From: a virus
Reading direction: 5' to 3' (one strand)
UHGV virus genome: UHGV-0206538
Length of the DNA stretch: 36,042 bases
This document shows, piece after piece, positions 34,895 through 36,042 of this stretch (its first letter is position 1; every line of letters begins with the position of its first letter). The translations under genes were made by a program, and so were the position numbers. The notes under the pieces are model-generated. The model saw only the letters and a program-made list of their open reading frames with translations. It did not search any database and had not been told where the DNA came from.

Positions 34895-34949
34895 CTGCCG
34901 CCGATTTTAAGGCGGTAAAAAATACGAGAAAGAATAGGAGAGTGAGCCA

Positions 34950-35312
34950 ATGAGCCAGTGGAAATTTAATAATTTCGAAACAGACATCGATTTTACAGAC
35001 GCAGATTTTATGGAGAAATTCGAGGGATGCTACGAAAAAATGGTTGAGGAATCCGAAAAAGTACCGAAAGTTGGAAAAGTATCCGAGATCACGAGAGCGC
35101 AATGTAAAGTTTTTGATGATTTTTATGATCGATTATTCGGAAACGGAACGAGTGGGAAAATGTTTCTCGGCAAGAATAGCATGGACATGAGAGTTAAAGC
35201 AGCCAATTCTTTGTTTGATCTCCGGAACAGCGAGCAGTCCAGATATAACAGCATGGTTAACAAGTATGCACCAAACAGGAAGGCGAGGAGAGGGGCGAGA
35301 AAGAACCGATGA
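34950..35312 (+). CDS. Putative tail assembly chaperone (gpG-like), basic C-terminus
   Basis: Position between major tail protein and tape measure. Confidence 0.4.
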   Translation: MSQWKFNNFETDIDFTDADFMEKFEGCYEKMVEESEKVPKVGKVSEITRAQCKVFDDFYDRLFGNGTSGKMFLGKNSMDMRVKAANSLFDLRNSEQSRYNSMVNKYAPNRKARRGARKNR

Positions 35313-35863
35313 ACCTCTTCTATGAACCACTCCCGACATCGGTAATTGTAAATGGAAAGCCTGTGAGAATCAGAACCGATTTTCGGGACTATATCTCTCT
35401 TCTGGATATGCTAAAAGATAAAGATGTTAAGTCTGTGGATAAGCTGTTGATTTTGAGTGAGTATTTTCTCGACGATGTCGAAATATCGCAGCCTGCAATT
35501 GACGCATTATGCGACTTTATGAGTGCTGATTTTTCAGATGGAGAAGCCAGTCAAACCGGAACAGTGAGGCAGAAGAATCTTTTTTCCTTTTCCATCGATT
35601 ATCCCTATATATTATCAGCATTTTTGCGCGATTACGGGATTGACTTGATTGATATTAAATATCTGCATTGGTGGAAATTCCGGATGCTTTTTGATGGATT
35701 ATCCGAGGATAACGAAATAAAGAAAAGAATCATGTACAGAGGAATTGATCTGAGCGAAGTTAAAGACCCGGAAGAGAAAAAGAGAATCCAGAAAATTAAA
35801 AAACTGATCGAGTTAAAACAGGAAGAATTGACTGATTTTGAAATCGGTGACGCTTTTATGTAG
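35309..35863 (+). CDS. Tail assembly chaperone-like protein (Gp15-like family)
   Basis: 184 aa with its own ATG overlapping the previous stop (ATGA). Confidence 0.4.
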   Translation: MNLFYEPLPTSVIVNGKPVRIRTDFRDYISLLDMLKDKDVKSVDKLLILSEYFLDDVEISQPAIDALCDFMSADFSDGEASQTGTVRQKNLFSFSIDYPYILSAFLRDYGIDLIDIKYLHWWKFRMLFDGLSEDNEIKKRIMYRGIDLSEVKDPEEKKRIQKIKKLIELKQEELTDFEIGDAFM

Positions 35864-35869
35864 GTGGAT

Positions 35870-36017
35870 CATGAAAAAAGAACCAATATTAGTCCGAGAT
35901 TGGATTAGATGCCCTGTGTGCGGCTGCAAGCTTGCTATTGCAGACAATACAGCCAAAAGCCACGGTATCTACGTAAAATGTCGGACTTGCAAGAAAGAAA
36001 TAGAAATTAAGAAATAA
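35870..36017 (+). CDS. Small cysteine-rich zinc-ribbon protein (Cys-rich KTR-like, 49 aa)
   Basis: MKKEPILVRDWIRCPVCGCKL…KCRTCKKEIEIKK has two CxxC pairs; RBS TAGGTGGA. Confidence 0.4.
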
Positions 36018-36042
36018 AGCACTTAAGTGAGCCTATGAGCCT

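Noticed and set aside
1-36042. CRISPR arrays or other interspersed direct repeats
   Set aside because: No regularly spaced 25-40 bp repeats found; repeats seen are short iterons, operator half-sites and coding low-complexity tracts.
1-36042. Integrated prophage with host flanks
   Set aside because: No host-like genes at either edge; the window edges fall inside the tail gene block, consistent with a circular phage genome.

Overview
The whole 36 kb window reads as one temperate siphovirus genome from a low-GC Firmicutes host (GGAGG-type ribosome-binding sites, roughly 40-45% GC). Its layout is Lachnospiraceae/Clostridia-phage-like. Nearly all genes are on the + strand. The order is: tape measure (starts at nt 28), distal tail protein, large Tal-like protein, then an XhlA/holin/amidase lysis cassette. 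Next comes a large serine recombinase (-). After that: a DUF4236 membrane protein (-), a CI-like repressor (-), and divergent from it a Cro-like gene (+) with an obvious TTGACA-17-TATAAT promoter embedded in repeated TTCGAA(C) operators. Then come Rha and AntA/KilAC antirepressors, many small early ORFs, a recombination module (DUF1071/Sak-like, NinB-like, RusA), a DnaD-like replisome organiser carrying iteron-like repeats, a C5 cytosine methyltransferase, YopX, DUF551 and a sigma-like late regulator. After a terminator there is a highly structured non-coding stretch with a tRNA-like minihelix and an intact tRNA-Asn(GTT). Then terminase small and large subunits, portal, Mu-F-like minor head protein, a three-gene unknown insert, scaffold, major capsid, connectors, major tail protein and tail chaperones. 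Because the window begins with the tape measure and ends with the genes that normally precede it, and there are no host flanks, it looks like a complete circularly permuted phage genome opened at an arbitrary point, not an integrated prophage. The best candidate for something undescribed is a two-gene cassette (TM protein plus a 142-aa soluble protein) on the opposite strand, with its own extended -10 promoter overlapped by an inverted repeat, sitting between the two antirepressor genes. That is the classic place and orientation for a lysogen-expressed exclusion or defence moron. Secondary candidates are the DUF4236 multi-domain membrane protein next to the recombinase, a 526-aa unknown protein with an AT-rich core inside the head module, and the structured RNA region next to the tRNA. 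All coordinates were read off the printed sequence and motif-level positions may be off by 1-2 nt. No similarity search was possible, so every family assignment rests on motifs I recall.
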